A stretch of DNA of 64,000 bases from Gemmatimonadota bacterium (GTDB taxonomy: Bacteria; Gemmatimonadota; Gemmatimonadetes; Longimicrobiales; Gaopeijiaceae). The notes under the pieces were generated by a model, which ran no database searches, was not told the origin of the DNA, and saw only the letters and a program-made list of their open reading frames with translations. The translations under genes and the position numbers were made by a program. Positions 34,355-43,964 of the stretch are shown one piece after another. Positions within the stretch are counted from its first letter, which is position 1. The number at the start of each line of letters is the position of its first letter. Where the stretch lies: the NCBI GenBank assembly GCA_012960225.1, contig DUBS01000003.1, positions 12,145 to 76,144 on the forward strand, read 5' to 3'.

Positions 34355-35125
34355 ATGAGTGTCTCAATGAGCAATCCGAACTCCAATAAAATCGCGCTAG
34401 TAACTGGAGGTGCAATCCGTATCGGTCGAGCAATTAGCATTGCGCTCGCCGAAGCAGGTTATGATCTCGTTCTCGCACACCACTCCTCTGTGGATCAGGC
34501 GGTTGAGGTACAGAAGATCATCTCTAGCCTTGGGCGCCGATGCAAACTCGTTCAAGCAGATCTCAGAGAGCCAAACGCGCCAAATATAGTGGTGGAATCA
34601 GTGCGGCAAGCGTTTGGTCAACTGGATCTACTAGTTAACTCAGCCGCGAGCTTCGAAAGTAGCTCTCTATTAGAATTAGGTGTGGATGAATGGGATTCTG
34701 TGATGGCTCTCAATTGTCGCGCGCCTCACCTCCTTGTTCAAGCAGCAGCAGATCTATTAAGGGAAAGTCACGGTTCCGTAGTCAACATCGTGGACCTTTC
34801 GGCATTCCAACCATGGACCGAGTTCCCGGCGCATGCGGTCTCAAAGGCCGGCTTAGCTCATCTCACACGCATTCAGGCACGAGTACTCGCCCCCGAAGTT
34901 CGGGTTAATGCAATCGCCCCCGGAGCCGCACTACGACCTAACGCTTGGTCTGATAAGCGATGGGCAGCCATAGCCGAAGCCGCGCCCTTGAAACGCTCGG
35001 GATCACCAGACGATGTATCGCAAGCAGTCCTATTCTTTGCAGACGCGGACTTTGTGACCGGAGAAATCCTAACCGTGGACGGAGGCCGGCACTTGGGTCC
35101 TGACGGACCTCCGACTTCAGCATGA
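34355..35125 (+). CDS. pteridine reductase / dihydromonapterin reductase (FolM/PTR1)-like SDR
   Basis: TGGAIRIGRAI matches the TGG.RRIG motif typical of FolM/PTR1. Also NSAS instead of NNAG, a YxxxK-equivalent reading HAVSK (His in place of the SDR catalytic Tyr), LAPEVRVNAIAPG, and a C-terminal FVTGEILTVDGGRHLG close to E. coli FolM as I remember it. Confidence 0.65.
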   Translation: MSVSMSNPNSNKIALVTGGAIRIGRAISIALAEAGYDLVLAHHSSVDQAVEVQKIISSLGRRCKLVQADLREPNAPNIVVESVRQAFGQLDLLVNSAASFESSSLLELGVDEWDSVMALNCRAPHLLVQAAADLLRESHGSVVNIVDLSAFQPWTEFPAHAVSKAGLAHLTRIQARVLAPEVRVNAIAPGAALRPNAWSDKRWAAIAEAAPLKRSGSPDDVSQAVLFFADADFVTGEILTVDGGRHLGPDGPPTSA

Positions 35126-35168
35126 ATATGATGAACGGTCGGCCGATCTGATCCGCAAACGCTAGTTG

Positions 35169-36164
35169 TTAAGGTTCCTCGTGTCCCTTAGCTCCACCGT
35201 GGGCCAACCAACGCTCAGCCTCTAGTGCTGCCATACAACCTGTCCCCGCAGCCGTAACAGCCTGACGGAAGTAGTCGTCCATCACGTCCCCAGCAGCAAA
35301 GATACCAGGCACAGATGTCTCAGTTCGCCATGCTGTGGGTGTCTGGACGTAGCCGTTTTCCTTGAGTTCTATAACTCCATTCAGGAATCCAGTATTGGGT
35401 GTGTGACCGATCGCAACAAACATCCCTCTCACTTCAAGCTCACTCACTTCACCACTCACAGTATCCTGCAGCCTAAGAGCAGTAATAGTCTCATTTCCAA
35501 TAACCTCCGTCACCAACTTGTTCCACTCGACGCGGATCTTATCATGAGCTAGAGCCCGCTCAGACATGATTCTTGAGGCTCGAAATTTATCTCTCCTGTG
35601 AATGACAATGACTTGCTCTGCGAACTTGGTTAGGTAAAGTGCGTCCTCCATAGCCGAGTCCCCTCCACCTATTACAGCAAGAGTATCCCCTCGGAAATGA
35701 GGGAGTGCCCCATCACAGACTGCGCATGCACTTACACCTCCACCCGACTGTGCAAGTCGTTCTTCATTCTCTAGACCTAGCCATTTCGCATTTGCACCCG
35801 TAGCTAAGATCACGGAATCCGCAAGCACTTCTGTATCTGTATTTGAGCGCAGCCTGAAGGGATATTGACCAGGGTCAATATCAACGATGTCCTCCCAGAT
35901 AGAACGGGTGCCGAAGCTGAGGGCCTGCTCCCGCATCTCTACCATCAAGTCCGGGCCCATTACTCCCGCCCTAAAGCCCGGGTAATTTTCTACTTCTGTC
36001 GTAAACATGAGCTGGCCACCGGGAATCATTGTCCGACTTCCGGCTCCTTCGAAAACAAACGGCTTCATCTGAGCTCTGGCGGCATAGATCGCCGCTGTCC
36101 AAGCAGCAGGCCCGGACCCAATAATGACGACAGTCTCTCGCTCTCTGATTTCCTGGTTACTCAT
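35169..36164 (-). CDS. trxB: thioredoxin-disulfide reductase
   Basis: GSGPA FAD motif, redox-active CAVCDG, GGGDSA NADPH motif and GIFAAGD. Confidence 0.9.
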   Translation of the reverse strand: MSNQEIRERETVVIIGSGPAAWTAAIYAARAQMKPFVFEGAGSRTMIPGGQLMFTTEVENYPGFRAGVMGPDLMVEMREQALSFGTRSIWEDIVDIDPGQYPFRLRSNTDTEVLADSVILATGANAKWLGLENEERLAQSGGGVSACAVCDGALPHFRGDTLAVIGGGDSAMEDALYLTKFAEQVIVIHRRDKFRASRIMSERALAHDKIRVEWNKLVTEVIGNETITALRLQDTVSGEVSELEVRGMFVAIGHTPNTGFLNGVIELKENGYVQTPTAWRTETSVPGIFAAGDVMDDYFRQAVTAAGTGCMAALEAERWLAHGGAKGHEEP

Positions 36165-36252
36165 GTTGCCTTGCTCCCTAACGTCTTCCTGGCAGAGTGC
36201 GGATCTTTACTAGCACCAGAAGGCATATCACTTCTCCAACAGATCTGGAACC

Positions 36253-37257
36253 CTATTTGTTGAACACCTTCATGTTAGTCGAATGCCCAGGGTTCATCCG
36301 GGCACTTGGATCGACATAGTGCACTGCATGATTCACTGCGATCGCAGCTTCAGAGAAGCCACTGGCGATCAAATCTAGCTTTCCTTCGTAACTAACGATG
36401 TCACCTGCCGCATATATCCCCTCGATATTCGTGCGCATCAATTGATCTACTGTGATGCGATTCTTGGTAACCTCAACTCCCCACTTCTTGACCGGTCCGA
36501 GGTTTGGCTTGAAGCCCAGACACGACAATAGAATATCACACCCAAGACTCAACTCTTCAGCTGTTCGGTTTTCGTAGATTGTCAACTTCTCAACGCGACT
36601 CTCACCCAGAATTTCCCGCACCTCATGAAAGGTGTGGAGTTTGACCTCACCTAATGCAACGGCCTCTTGCATACGCTGCACTGTCACTTCATGCGCTCGC
36701 CACCCATCTCGACGATGGACAAGGGTCATCGATGCGACAACATCCTTTAACATCAAAACAAAGTCGAGTGCAGAGTCACCACCTCCAACCACAACGACCT
36801 GTTTACCGCGGAATGCCTCAGGATCTTTCGCAGAATACTCTATGCCCCGGTGCATCATCTCTTCATAGCCCGGACACCGCAGTGGCATGGGCTCAAACGC
36901 CCCCTTCCCTCCTGCGATCACGATAATCTTGGTCAGATGAACACCGCCACCACAATGCAATGCAAAGTGTCCCTTAACCCACTGTACGTCCTCAACTTGT
37001 TCGTCAAGCACGATATCTGGCTTAAACTGCATTGCCTGATCAATCAGGCTCACTGCTAGATCTTTTGCGAGGACTTTCGGGAAGCCACCTACGTCAAAGA
37101 TATACTTCTCTGGATATAGCGCGGTGAGCTGTCCTCCGAGTTCAGGAAGAGAGTCAATAATCCTGCATGACATATTTCTCATGCCTGCATAGAAGGCGGC
37201 AAAGAGGCCGGTCGGCCCGCCACCTATGACAGTGATGTCGCGTATTTCATCAGCCAT
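36253..37257 (-). CDS. thioredoxin-reductase-like ferredoxin-NADP+ reductase (YumC type)
   Basis: VIGGGPTGLFAAFY, ELGGQL..LYPEKYI.DV.GFP and GGGDSALD motifs with no CxxC. This matches Bacillus YumC and Chlorobium FNR as I remember them. Confidence 0.8.
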   Translation of the reverse strand: MADEIRDITVIGGGPTGLFAAFYAGMRNMSCRIIDSLPELGGQLTALYPEKYIFDVGGFPKVLAKDLAVSLIDQAMQFKPDIVLDEQVEDVQWVKGHFALHCGGGVHLTKIIVIAGGKGAFEPMPLRCPGYEEMMHRGIEYSAKDPEAFRGKQVVVVGGGDSALDFVLMLKDVVASMTLVHRRDGWRAHEVTVQRMQEAVALGEVKLHTFHEVREILGESRVEKLTIYENRTAEELSLGCDILLSCLGFKPNLGPVKKWGVEVTKNRITVDQLMRTNIEGIYAAGDIVSYEGKLDLIASGFSEAAIAVNHAVHYVDPSARMNPGHSTNMKVFNK

Positions 37258-37290
37258 AGCGGGAAAAGTCTAACCGCACCCTCCAGGGGG

Positions 37291-37806
37291 TCAACTGCAG
37301 TCGTCCGTCTCTAAAGTTGGCTTTAGCTGTCTATCAATCTTGAGCCTACATCCTATTCCGGCGAGGACTCGTTGAGCTTCCTGTACGATTTGGTGCAAGT
37401 TCTGGTAATTGATCTTACTACAGGCTTCATGGGCAGGCACCCAGACACATTCAGTGATCCCTTCCTCGAACTCAGGCTTGGGGTCCCCTTCTTCAGAGTA
37501 CATTAGGTAGAACGTACCCGACTTATGGACCACACCGCTCTCGGTACGAAAACTCCAATCGGTAACTCCAAGCTGTATTCCTAACTCCAAATCGGAGAGT
37601 CCGGTCTCCTCATTCACTTCACGCAGGGCCGCCTGTTTGGAACTTTCCCCATGTTCGAGATGACCCTTTGGGAGGCCCCATTGTCCATAGCGATCACGGA
37701 TCACAAGGCAGTGAATGACACCTTCGATCATTCGGGCCACTACACCACCTGCAGTCCTGTTGACTCGGGACTGCGTCACAGGCTTCGAGGGCTCAGGCAA
37801 CTGCAA
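37291..37806 (-). CDS. NUDIX hydrolase
   Basis: Nudix box (GLPKGHLEHGESSKQAALREVNEETGL). Confidence 0.85.
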   Translation of the reverse strand: MQLPEPSKPVTQSRVNRTAGGVVARMIEGVIHCLVIRDRYGQWGLPKGHLEHGESSKQAALREVNEETGLSDLELGIQLGVTDWSFRTESGVVHKSGTFYLMYSEEGDPKPEFEEGITECVWVPAHEACSKINYQNLHQIVQEAQRVLAGIGCRLKIDRQLKPTLETDDCS

Positions 37807-37879
37807 CGACCGGGAGGCAAGAACCCTATAAGGCGACTCATTACTTCACCACCAAATAGATCTTGCGACTTTGTCAGAG

Positions 37880-38254
37880 CTACTTTCTGGTCTCCGAGAT
37901 GCCTTCGAATGCGAATTCAATCTCGTCCATCTGATCATTTTTGCCCGGCAATACATAAACAACCTTGATGCTTTTAACAGCTGACTGTGGATCTGTCAGA
38001 GCTATCTCAAACCCAAGCGCCTGATCATCGGAAGTAATACCGGCACGTATCCGGTCACCGCTGCCAGCCTCTGGACCACGCACAGGGTTTCGGAAGAGTC
38101 CTTTGGTTGACTGTCGACCGTTCTTGAGCTGCCGTCTGACTTTAATCCGTTTGAGCCAATCCGGTTGATAACTGATGGCGTACTTAAAACCTAACTGGTC
38201 GGTGCCCCGGCCTTCTCGATTGTGACGTGCCAATACAAGTCCTCCACAACCCAA
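37880..38254 (-). CDS. hypothetical protein
   Basis: A 124-aa ORF with a TTG start and protein-like composition. I recognise no family. Confidence 0.35.
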   Translation of the reverse strand: MGCGGLVLARHNREGRGTDQLGFKYAISYQPDWLKRIKVRRQLKNGRQSTKGLFRNPVRGPEAGSGDRIRAGITSDDQALGFEIALTDPQSAVKSIKVVYVLPGKNDQMDEIEFAFEGISETRK

Positions 38255-38384
38255 TTGGATTACAAAAACACATCAGAATAAACGTTCCTGGATGCATGAC
38301 AACAAGTTGAGTTCCGCAAATGCAGCCCGGCCCCAAGAAGTAATCATGTATAGGAAGAGTCGAAACGAGACCTTCGGATTAGGG

Positions 38385-38413
38385 TTGACCGATTTAGAGG
38401 AGGTGATTATTCT
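38385..38413 (+). promoter_or_regulatory. sigma70-like promoter for rho (TTGACC-N17-TATTCT)
   Basis: TTGACC at 38385-38390, a 17-nt spacer, and TATTCT at 38408-38413. This gives a roughly 180-nt rho leader. Confidence 0.4.
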
Positions 38414-38599
38414 CGCGTTGGTACTATAAGGATACCCTCCACAATCACATTTTTCTTGGCCACTCTCGCCTAACCGAGAGAGCTTCCATTGGCTAAGGCT
38501 AATTTGAACCAATAACTCTCCGGCTGCTATTTAGTATCCCCAACATCAAGCAAACGGTTAATTCACAGCCCACATTAGCACACCCTACGGAATCCCAGC

Positions 38600-39859
38600 G
38601 TGGACATCGCAGACCTCAAGATTAAGAGCGTCGGTGAACTGCATGACCTGGCTGAAGAGCTGGAACTCAGCAACTTCAGAGGTATCAGCAGACAAGACCT
38701 GACCTTTAGAATTGAACAGAAATTATTCGATTCTGATGTAGTGCTCCGAGGCGGGGGCGTCCTTGAAATCCTCCCAGAAGGCTACGGTTTCTTGCGCTCA
38801 CAGGAGTTTAACTACTTATACGGTCCTGATGATATCTATGTTAGCCCGTCCCAGATCAAGCGCTTCGATTTACGCACAGGTGACACCATAACTGGGCAAG
38901 TTCGCCCCCCCAAGCGGGGAGAACGCTACCTGGCATTGCTGAAAATCGAAGGCCTGAGCGGCCTATCCCCTGAAGAAAGTGGAAAGCGAGTTCAGTTTGA
39001 CAACCTGCGCCCGACTTACCCAGAGAAACGCTTAGACCTAGAAGTTCCCGGGGAGGCAGGCAGCATTTCCACAAGAGTCCTCGACTTAATTGCTCCGATC
39101 GGGAAAGGGCAGCGGGGACTTATCGTATCGCCTCCTAAGGCAGGTAAGACCATCATCCTCCAGGAGATAGCCAACTCTATATCGATTAACGACCCGGAAA
39201 TCCACCTGATCATGCTACTCATCGATGAGCGGCCTGAAGAAGTGACGGACATGGCAGGACACGTGGATGCCGAGGTAATCTCATCAACCTTCGACGAACC
39301 TGCCGAAAGGCATGTTCAGGTCGCGGAAATGGTGATGGAGAAGGCTAAGCGTCTTGTCGAGCACGGGAAGGATGTCGTGATTCTGCTGGACTCAATCACG
39401 CGCCTTGCTAGAGCCTACAACTCGACGATGCCACACTCGGGGAGAATCATGTCTGGCGGTGTAGATGCTAAAGCTCTGCACAAACCGAAACGTTTTTTCG
39501 GAGCTGCACGAAACATCGAAAACGGCGGATCTTTGACAATCATTGCGACTGCATTGATTGAAACTGGCAGCCGAATGGATGAAGTGATCTTTGAAGAGTT
39601 TAAGGGAACCGGGAATATGGAACTTCTGCTAGATCGTACTATCTCCGACAAGCGAATCTTCCCTGCGATCGACCTAAGCCGTTCAGGTACGAGGAAAGAA
39701 GAACTCCTTCTGAATGAAACCGAACTCAACCGTGTATATTTACTCCGAAATTTCTTAGCGGACATGCCACCAGAAGAGGCAATTGAATTCTTACTCGCTC
39801 GGATGGCGCGTACCGAGACAAATCAGGAGTTCCTGGACTCGATGACTCAGGGGGACTAA
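38600..39859 (+). CDS. rho: transcription termination factor Rho
   Basis: N-terminal Rho_N (L.E...LA.EL), an RNA-binding OB domain (GYGFLRS), Walker A (PPKAGKT) and the Q/R loops. GTG start. Confidence 0.95.
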   Translation: MDIADLKIKSVGELHDLAEELELSNFRGISRQDLTFRIEQKLFDSDVVLRGGGVLEILPEGYGFLRSQEFNYLYGPDDIYVSPSQIKRFDLRTGDTITGQVRPPKRGERYLALLKIEGLSGLSPEESGKRVQFDNLRPTYPEKRLDLEVPGEAGSISTRVLDLIAPIGKGQRGLIVSPPKAGKTIILQEIANSISINDPEIHLIMLLIDERPEEVTDMAGHVDAEVISSTFDEPAERHVQVAEMVMEKAKRLVEHGKDVVILLDSITRLARAYNSTMPHSGRIMSGGVDAKALHKPKRFFGAARNIENGGSLTIIATALIETGSRMDEVIFEEFKGTGNMELLLDRTISDKRIFPAIDLSRSGTRKEELLLNETELNRVYLLRNFLADMPPEEAIEFLLARMARTETNQEFLDSMTQGD

Positions 39860-40038
39860 CAGACTTGGATTGTTAGAGGTAGCTGGCTTAGTATGGACAG
39901 CCCCGTCTAGACGTAATCACTTTCTCCCATGCATAGTCACCTCGATTCATGGGTGCGAGTTGGTTCCTGTCTCATCATTTTGTTAGAGAATGAGATGACA
40001 TTGACGCTCACACCGTTGGGCCACCATTCTTTCGGACT

Positions 40039-40488
40039 ATGTTTGAAGATCTGACCGCTGAAGCTGACCGTTTGCTTGCAGAAGCCCTAAACGCATCCGG
40101 TGAACGCGATCCGCGTGATTATTATCGGGATCAGTTAAAAGAACTAAAGGGGAGCAACCCAGAAAGATACGATGCTGCAATTGAGTACTACCGAAATAAG
40201 CTCATCCCCCTGGTTGCATCAGGAGAGGCAGAGCCCATCGTCGCCTGGATGGAATACGGCAGATTTCTAGCTGAATCGCTCACGCCCGGACAAGCTGTAA
40301 GCATAGATCCATCCGGCGAATCACATCCCTACGATCCAACGACGGCTAGTGGAAGATTGGTGCTCCACATCCCAGAATCTGGGAAAGGCGGCAGAGCAAT
40401 CCTTGTGGGCCTGCCCAGCGAGCTAAGCCCCGCCCAACGGGCGACCTATGATGTCTTGGTATCTGGAAAACATCGGATGTCAGGTTGA
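40039..40488 (+). CDS. hypothetical protein
   Basis: A 149-aa ORF with an ATG start. I recognise no family. Confidence 0.45.
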   Translation: MFEDLTAEADRLLAEALNASGERDPRDYYRDQLKELKGSNPERYDAAIEYYRNKLIPLVASGEAEPIVAWMEYGRFLAESLTPGQAVSIDPSGESHPYDPTTASGRLVLHIPESGKGGRAILVGLPSELSPAQRATYDVLVSGKHRMSG

Positions 40489-40501
40489 GCCCCAACATAG
40501 A

Positions 40502-42340
40502 TCACACATCTTCCACAAGATAAGCAACTCCCCAAGCTCCTATACCGAGGTGTGTCGCTATCACTGGTGTCGCGGGAGCTGCGAGAACCTCGACTCTATT
40601 CCCATACCGTCCCCTGAGTTCATCTGTGATTGGCTGGACGATTTCGGGCATCCCGACATGAAAGATCCCAAAACGCATACGTTCTGTACCATCAGGAATG
40701 CGCTCACCGACAAGTTTCATTAATTGACTTCGGGCCCGAGTCACACCGATAGCCTTCCCTGCAGAAGTAACATGCCCGCATTTGTCGATTTCTAGCACAG
40801 GCTTAATTCCTAGGAGCCTCGAGAGAAACGCCTGGCCCGATCCAACGCGTCCAGATGCGACAAGTCTCTTTAACGTCTGCACGGTAAACAAAATCCCGGA
40901 TTGGGTACGAACCCTTGTGATCTCCCTAACTATCTCCTCCGGTTGCCACCCCAGCTCGGCCAGTTCACAGGCCTTCACGACTAGCAAGCCCTGAAGAACC
41001 GATGCACTGAGCGAATCGGCCATATAGATATTGGTCCCCTGAAATCCTGATGCTGCAGCCTCACCTGCCGCGAAGGTCCCTGACAACGTGGACGCCGCGA
41101 GTACTGCTACTACAGCTTCCCCTTCTTCTGCCGCGCGGGAGTAAGTCTTTGTGATGTCAGCTCGGCTGGGCTGACTAGTCGTTGGTAATTCAGAATCATC
41201 TTCAAGTTTCTTATGAAATTCCTCAGTGGCAATGTCAATTCCAGCTCGATAAGACCGATCCCCGTCGATCAATAAGAGAGGTATTACATGTATCCCATGC
41301 GCGCGAAGGATATCCTCAGACAGATCAGCTGCTGAATCCGTTACAACTGAGACGGGCCGACGGGCAAGCTGAATGTGACCTTCCGCCGCACGTTGAAGAG
41401 TACGGTGCTGTGCACGCATGTCCTCAGCTTTGTGTGTAACCAAATCGCCCAAGCCTCTGAGGTAGTCGAAAACCTGCTCAGGATCATCGGTGTGGATATG
41501 AATTTTCAGCACATGGTCCGAACGGATCACAATCATAGAGTCACCCGCAGCTCGGAGCCTACTCTGTACACTGGTTTGTGTGGGGAGCGAGTCACTGTGT
41601 ACTAGCGCCTCGGTGCAAAAACGAAATTGTTCCTGATTCACCGGATATTCCATGAGAGACGCAGGAGGGGCTAAGGCCTTCTCATGCACTTGAGATTCAA
41701 TAGAGATGGGTAGTGACCCATCCACCAAGTAAAGAACTCCTTCTAGTAAGCTCACGAAGCCCTTAGCCCCTGCATCAACCACCCCAGCTGTTTTGAGGAC
41801 AGGCAGAAGATCAGGCGTTCTCTCAAGCGAATCTCGAGCCTCATTAACGAGATGCTGCAGCAAGGCCACAAAATCCTTTGCGGCACTCTGGGTAGCAGCT
41901 AAAGCGGTATCGTGGACAACTGTGAGAATCGTACCCTCGACAGGCTTATCTAGTGCTTCTCGCAGGCTTTGGGCACCCCGACGGAAAGCACAGCAGAACT
42001 CAGCTGTGTTGACACGGTCATAACCGGATAAGCCATCCGCAAAGCCAAGTAGGAAATGAGATAGCATCATCCCACAGTTACCTCTGGCACCCATAACAGC
42101 TGCATCAGCTGCCCCTCGTGCGACCTCGGCAACCGACGTGGCTCGACTGGGTTCCATGGTGTCCGCAATCGCCCGAACTGTCAAAGTGAGGTTCGTTCCA
42201 GTATCCCCGTCAGGAACCGGGAATACATTGATCCGATTCAACTCATCTCGTTGTTGCTGAGCATAATTGCATGCCGCAAGGAGTGAGCGGCGCAGCCGCG
42301 AGCCATCAAGGTAGTGAATCTGCATCGTCGATCCCGTCAT
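40502..42340 (-). CDS. fusion of a FakA-like Dak2 kinase module with a DegV (FakB-like) fatty-acid-binding domain
   Basis: Residues ~1-200 are a Dak2 domain (VFPVPDGDTGTN ... GARGNCG). Residues ~235-310 resemble the YloV/FakA middle domain (FCTE ... GDSMIVI ... KIHIHTDDP). Residues ~329-612 are DegV (VVTDSAADL ... TTSQPS ... STLSGTF). Confidence 0.8.
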   Translation of the reverse strand: MTGSTMQIHYLDGSRLRRSLLAACNYAQQQRDELNRINVFPVPDGDTGTNLTLTVRAIADTMEPSRATSVAEVARGAADAAVMGARGNCGMMLSHFLLGFADGLSGYDRVNTAEFCCAFRRGAQSLREALDKPVEGTILTVVHDTALAATQSAAKDFVALLQHLVNEARDSLERTPDLLPVLKTAGVVDAGAKGFVSLLEGVLYLVDGSLPISIESQVHEKALAPPASLMEYPVNQEQFRFCTEALVHSDSLPTQTSVQSRLRAAGDSMIVIRSDHVLKIHIHTDDPEQVFDYLRGLGDLVTHKAEDMRAQHRTLQRAAEGHIQLARRPVSVVTDSAADLSEDILRAHGIHVIPLLLIDGDRSYRAGIDIATEEFHKKLEDDSELPTTSQPSRADITKTYSRAAEEGEAVVAVLAASTLSGTFAAGEAAASGFQGTNIYMADSLSASVLQGLLVVKACELAELGWQPEEIVREITRVRTQSGILFTVQTLKRLVASGRVGSGQAFLSRLLGIKPVLEIDKCGHVTSAGKAIGVTRARSQLMKLVGERIPDGTERMRFGIFHVGMPEIVQPITDELRGRYGNRVEVLAAPATPVIATHLGIGAWGVAYLVEDV

Positions 42341-42544
42341 ATGACCGGCGTCTGCTAATGTAGTAGTCGGGATATGTATCTAGACATGCCAACCTACAAA
42401 TCAAGTCCCCCACAACCCTCTTCGAGGCGTGAATACAACCCCGAAGTCTGACACTCGTAAAACCCAACAAACATTTTGATCTGGGCTTGCATCCTCTCAC
42501 GCTCAAGCTACGGTATCGCTAAGAATTCAAGAGTGGATAGACAC

Positions 42545-43912
42545 ATGACATTCGTTGCAACCAACCCAACTACTGGCGACATGATCGCCTCGTACCCGAT
42601 GATGTCCGAAGAGGGTGTCAACGAGATCATACTAGCAGCACAAGAAACTCAACTCATTTGGAGTAAGTGCGAGATCCCAGAGCGCACGGAGATACTCACG
42701 GACCTGGGATCTATTCTCCGAAAACGCAAGGAAGAGTTCGGCCGACTCATGACTCTGGAGATGGGTAAACCGATACAACAATCAATATCCGAATCAGAAA
42801 AATGTGCTTGGGTGTGCGACTATTACGCTGAGCATGCTGAGCACTTCTTGGCGCCAGTACCAGCACCGACAGATGCCACGATCAGTTATTGGACCCATCG
42901 TCCACTGGGCATCGTGCTAGGAATTATGCCCTGGAATTTCCCTTTCTGGCAGGCAGTGCGCTTCGCTGTTCCTGCACTGACCGCCGGCAACGCAGTACTA
43001 CTAAAACACTCACCGAGTGTGCCCGGATGTGCCGAAGTACTCGCACACATTTTCGCGGAAGCTGGCTATCCGGATGGTCTATTTACCAACCTCGTGATCA
43101 ATCTTGAAACAACCGGAGAAGTGATCGACCACCCGCTTGTTCGGGCGATTAGCCTAACCGGGAGTGTTCAGGCAGGACGATCCGTTGCTTCTAGGGCGGG
43201 TGCTGCAATAAAGAAATGTGTACTCGAGTTGGGCGGTAGTGACCCGTCAGTGATCCTTGCTGATGCCGATATCGATGATGCTGTCGCCAGCTGCAGGTTA
43301 GCGCGCACTATCAACTCAGGCCAAAGCTGTGTTGCAGCAAAACGCTTTGTGGTTGTTGAACCTGTCCGCGAGGAGTTCGAGGCGAAATTGGTCAGTGCTA
43401 TGGAAGCTACTGTGATGGGTGACCCCCTGAACCCCACGAGTGACATTGGACCATTAGCCCGGGAAGACTTGCGGGATACGCTCCATAATCAGGTTCAACG
43501 ATCAGTTAACGATGGCGCACTTCTTCTGACAGGCGGAGAACCTCCTGATGAGCCAGGGTGGTGGTACCCTCCCACTGTTTTGACAAATGTGGGCCCTGGC
43601 ATGGCAGCCTACGAGGAAGAACTCTTTGGACCTGTGGCATCCATCCTGCCGGTGTGCAGTGAAGAAGAAGCCATTCGGGTCGCGAATGACACCCCTTACG
43701 GCCTCGGAGCTTCTGTGTACACTGAAGATTCCGCACGAGGAGAGAGAATTGCTGCTGAACTAATAGATGCGGGTAACTGTTTTGTGAATGGCATCGTAAA
43801 GTCTGACCCGAGACTACCATTCGGCGGCACGAAGGATAGCGGTTATGGACGTGAGCTTTCCCCGTTAGGAATTCTTGAGTTCACATACCCAAAAACAATC
43901 TGGGTGAAGTAG
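42545..43912 (+). CDS. NAD(P)-dependent aldehyde dehydrogenase (succinate-semialdehyde dehydrogenase-like)
   Basis: ALDH motifs (MPWNFPFWQ, LELGGSDP, catalytic Cys in NSGQSCVAAKR, EELFGPV). The ATG at 42545 (MTFVATNPTTG) is preferred. Confidence 0.85.
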   Translation: MTFVATNPTTGDMIASYPMMSEEGVNEIILAAQETQLIWSKCEIPERTEILTDLGSILRKRKEEFGRLMTLEMGKPIQQSISESEKCAWVCDYYAEHAEHFLAPVPAPTDATISYWTHRPLGIVLGIMPWNFPFWQAVRFAVPALTAGNAVLLKHSPSVPGCAEVLAHIFAEAGYPDGLFTNLVINLETTGEVIDHPLVRAISLTGSVQAGRSVASRAGAAIKKCVLELGGSDPSVILADADIDDAVASCRLARTINSGQSCVAAKRFVVVEPVREEFEAKLVSAMEATVMGDPLNPTSDIGPLAREDLRDTLHNQVQRSVNDGALLLTGGEPPDEPGWWYPPTVLTNVGPGMAAYEEELFGPVASILPVCSEEEAIRVANDTPYGLGASVYTEDSARGERIAAELIDAGNCFVNGIVKSDPRLPFGGTKDSGYGRELSPLGILEFTYPKTIWVK

Positions 43913-43964
43913 GAAGTCTCATCGGAGTTCAGGATAAACAGTCAACGCCCGGTTCAAAGAGGGG

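Noticed and set aside
38255-38512. An in-frame TGA (38273-38275) joins ORF 38273..38512 to the 124-aa hypothetical gene (37880..38254). Read-through would give ...ERLF-U-CVFVIQLGCGG..., raising the idea of a second selenoprotein.
   Set aside because: The upstream ORF has non-protein-like composition and overlaps the predicted rho promoter and leader. There is no known family, redox motif alignment or convincing hairpin after the TGA. A shared frame plus TGA is expected by chance fairly often.
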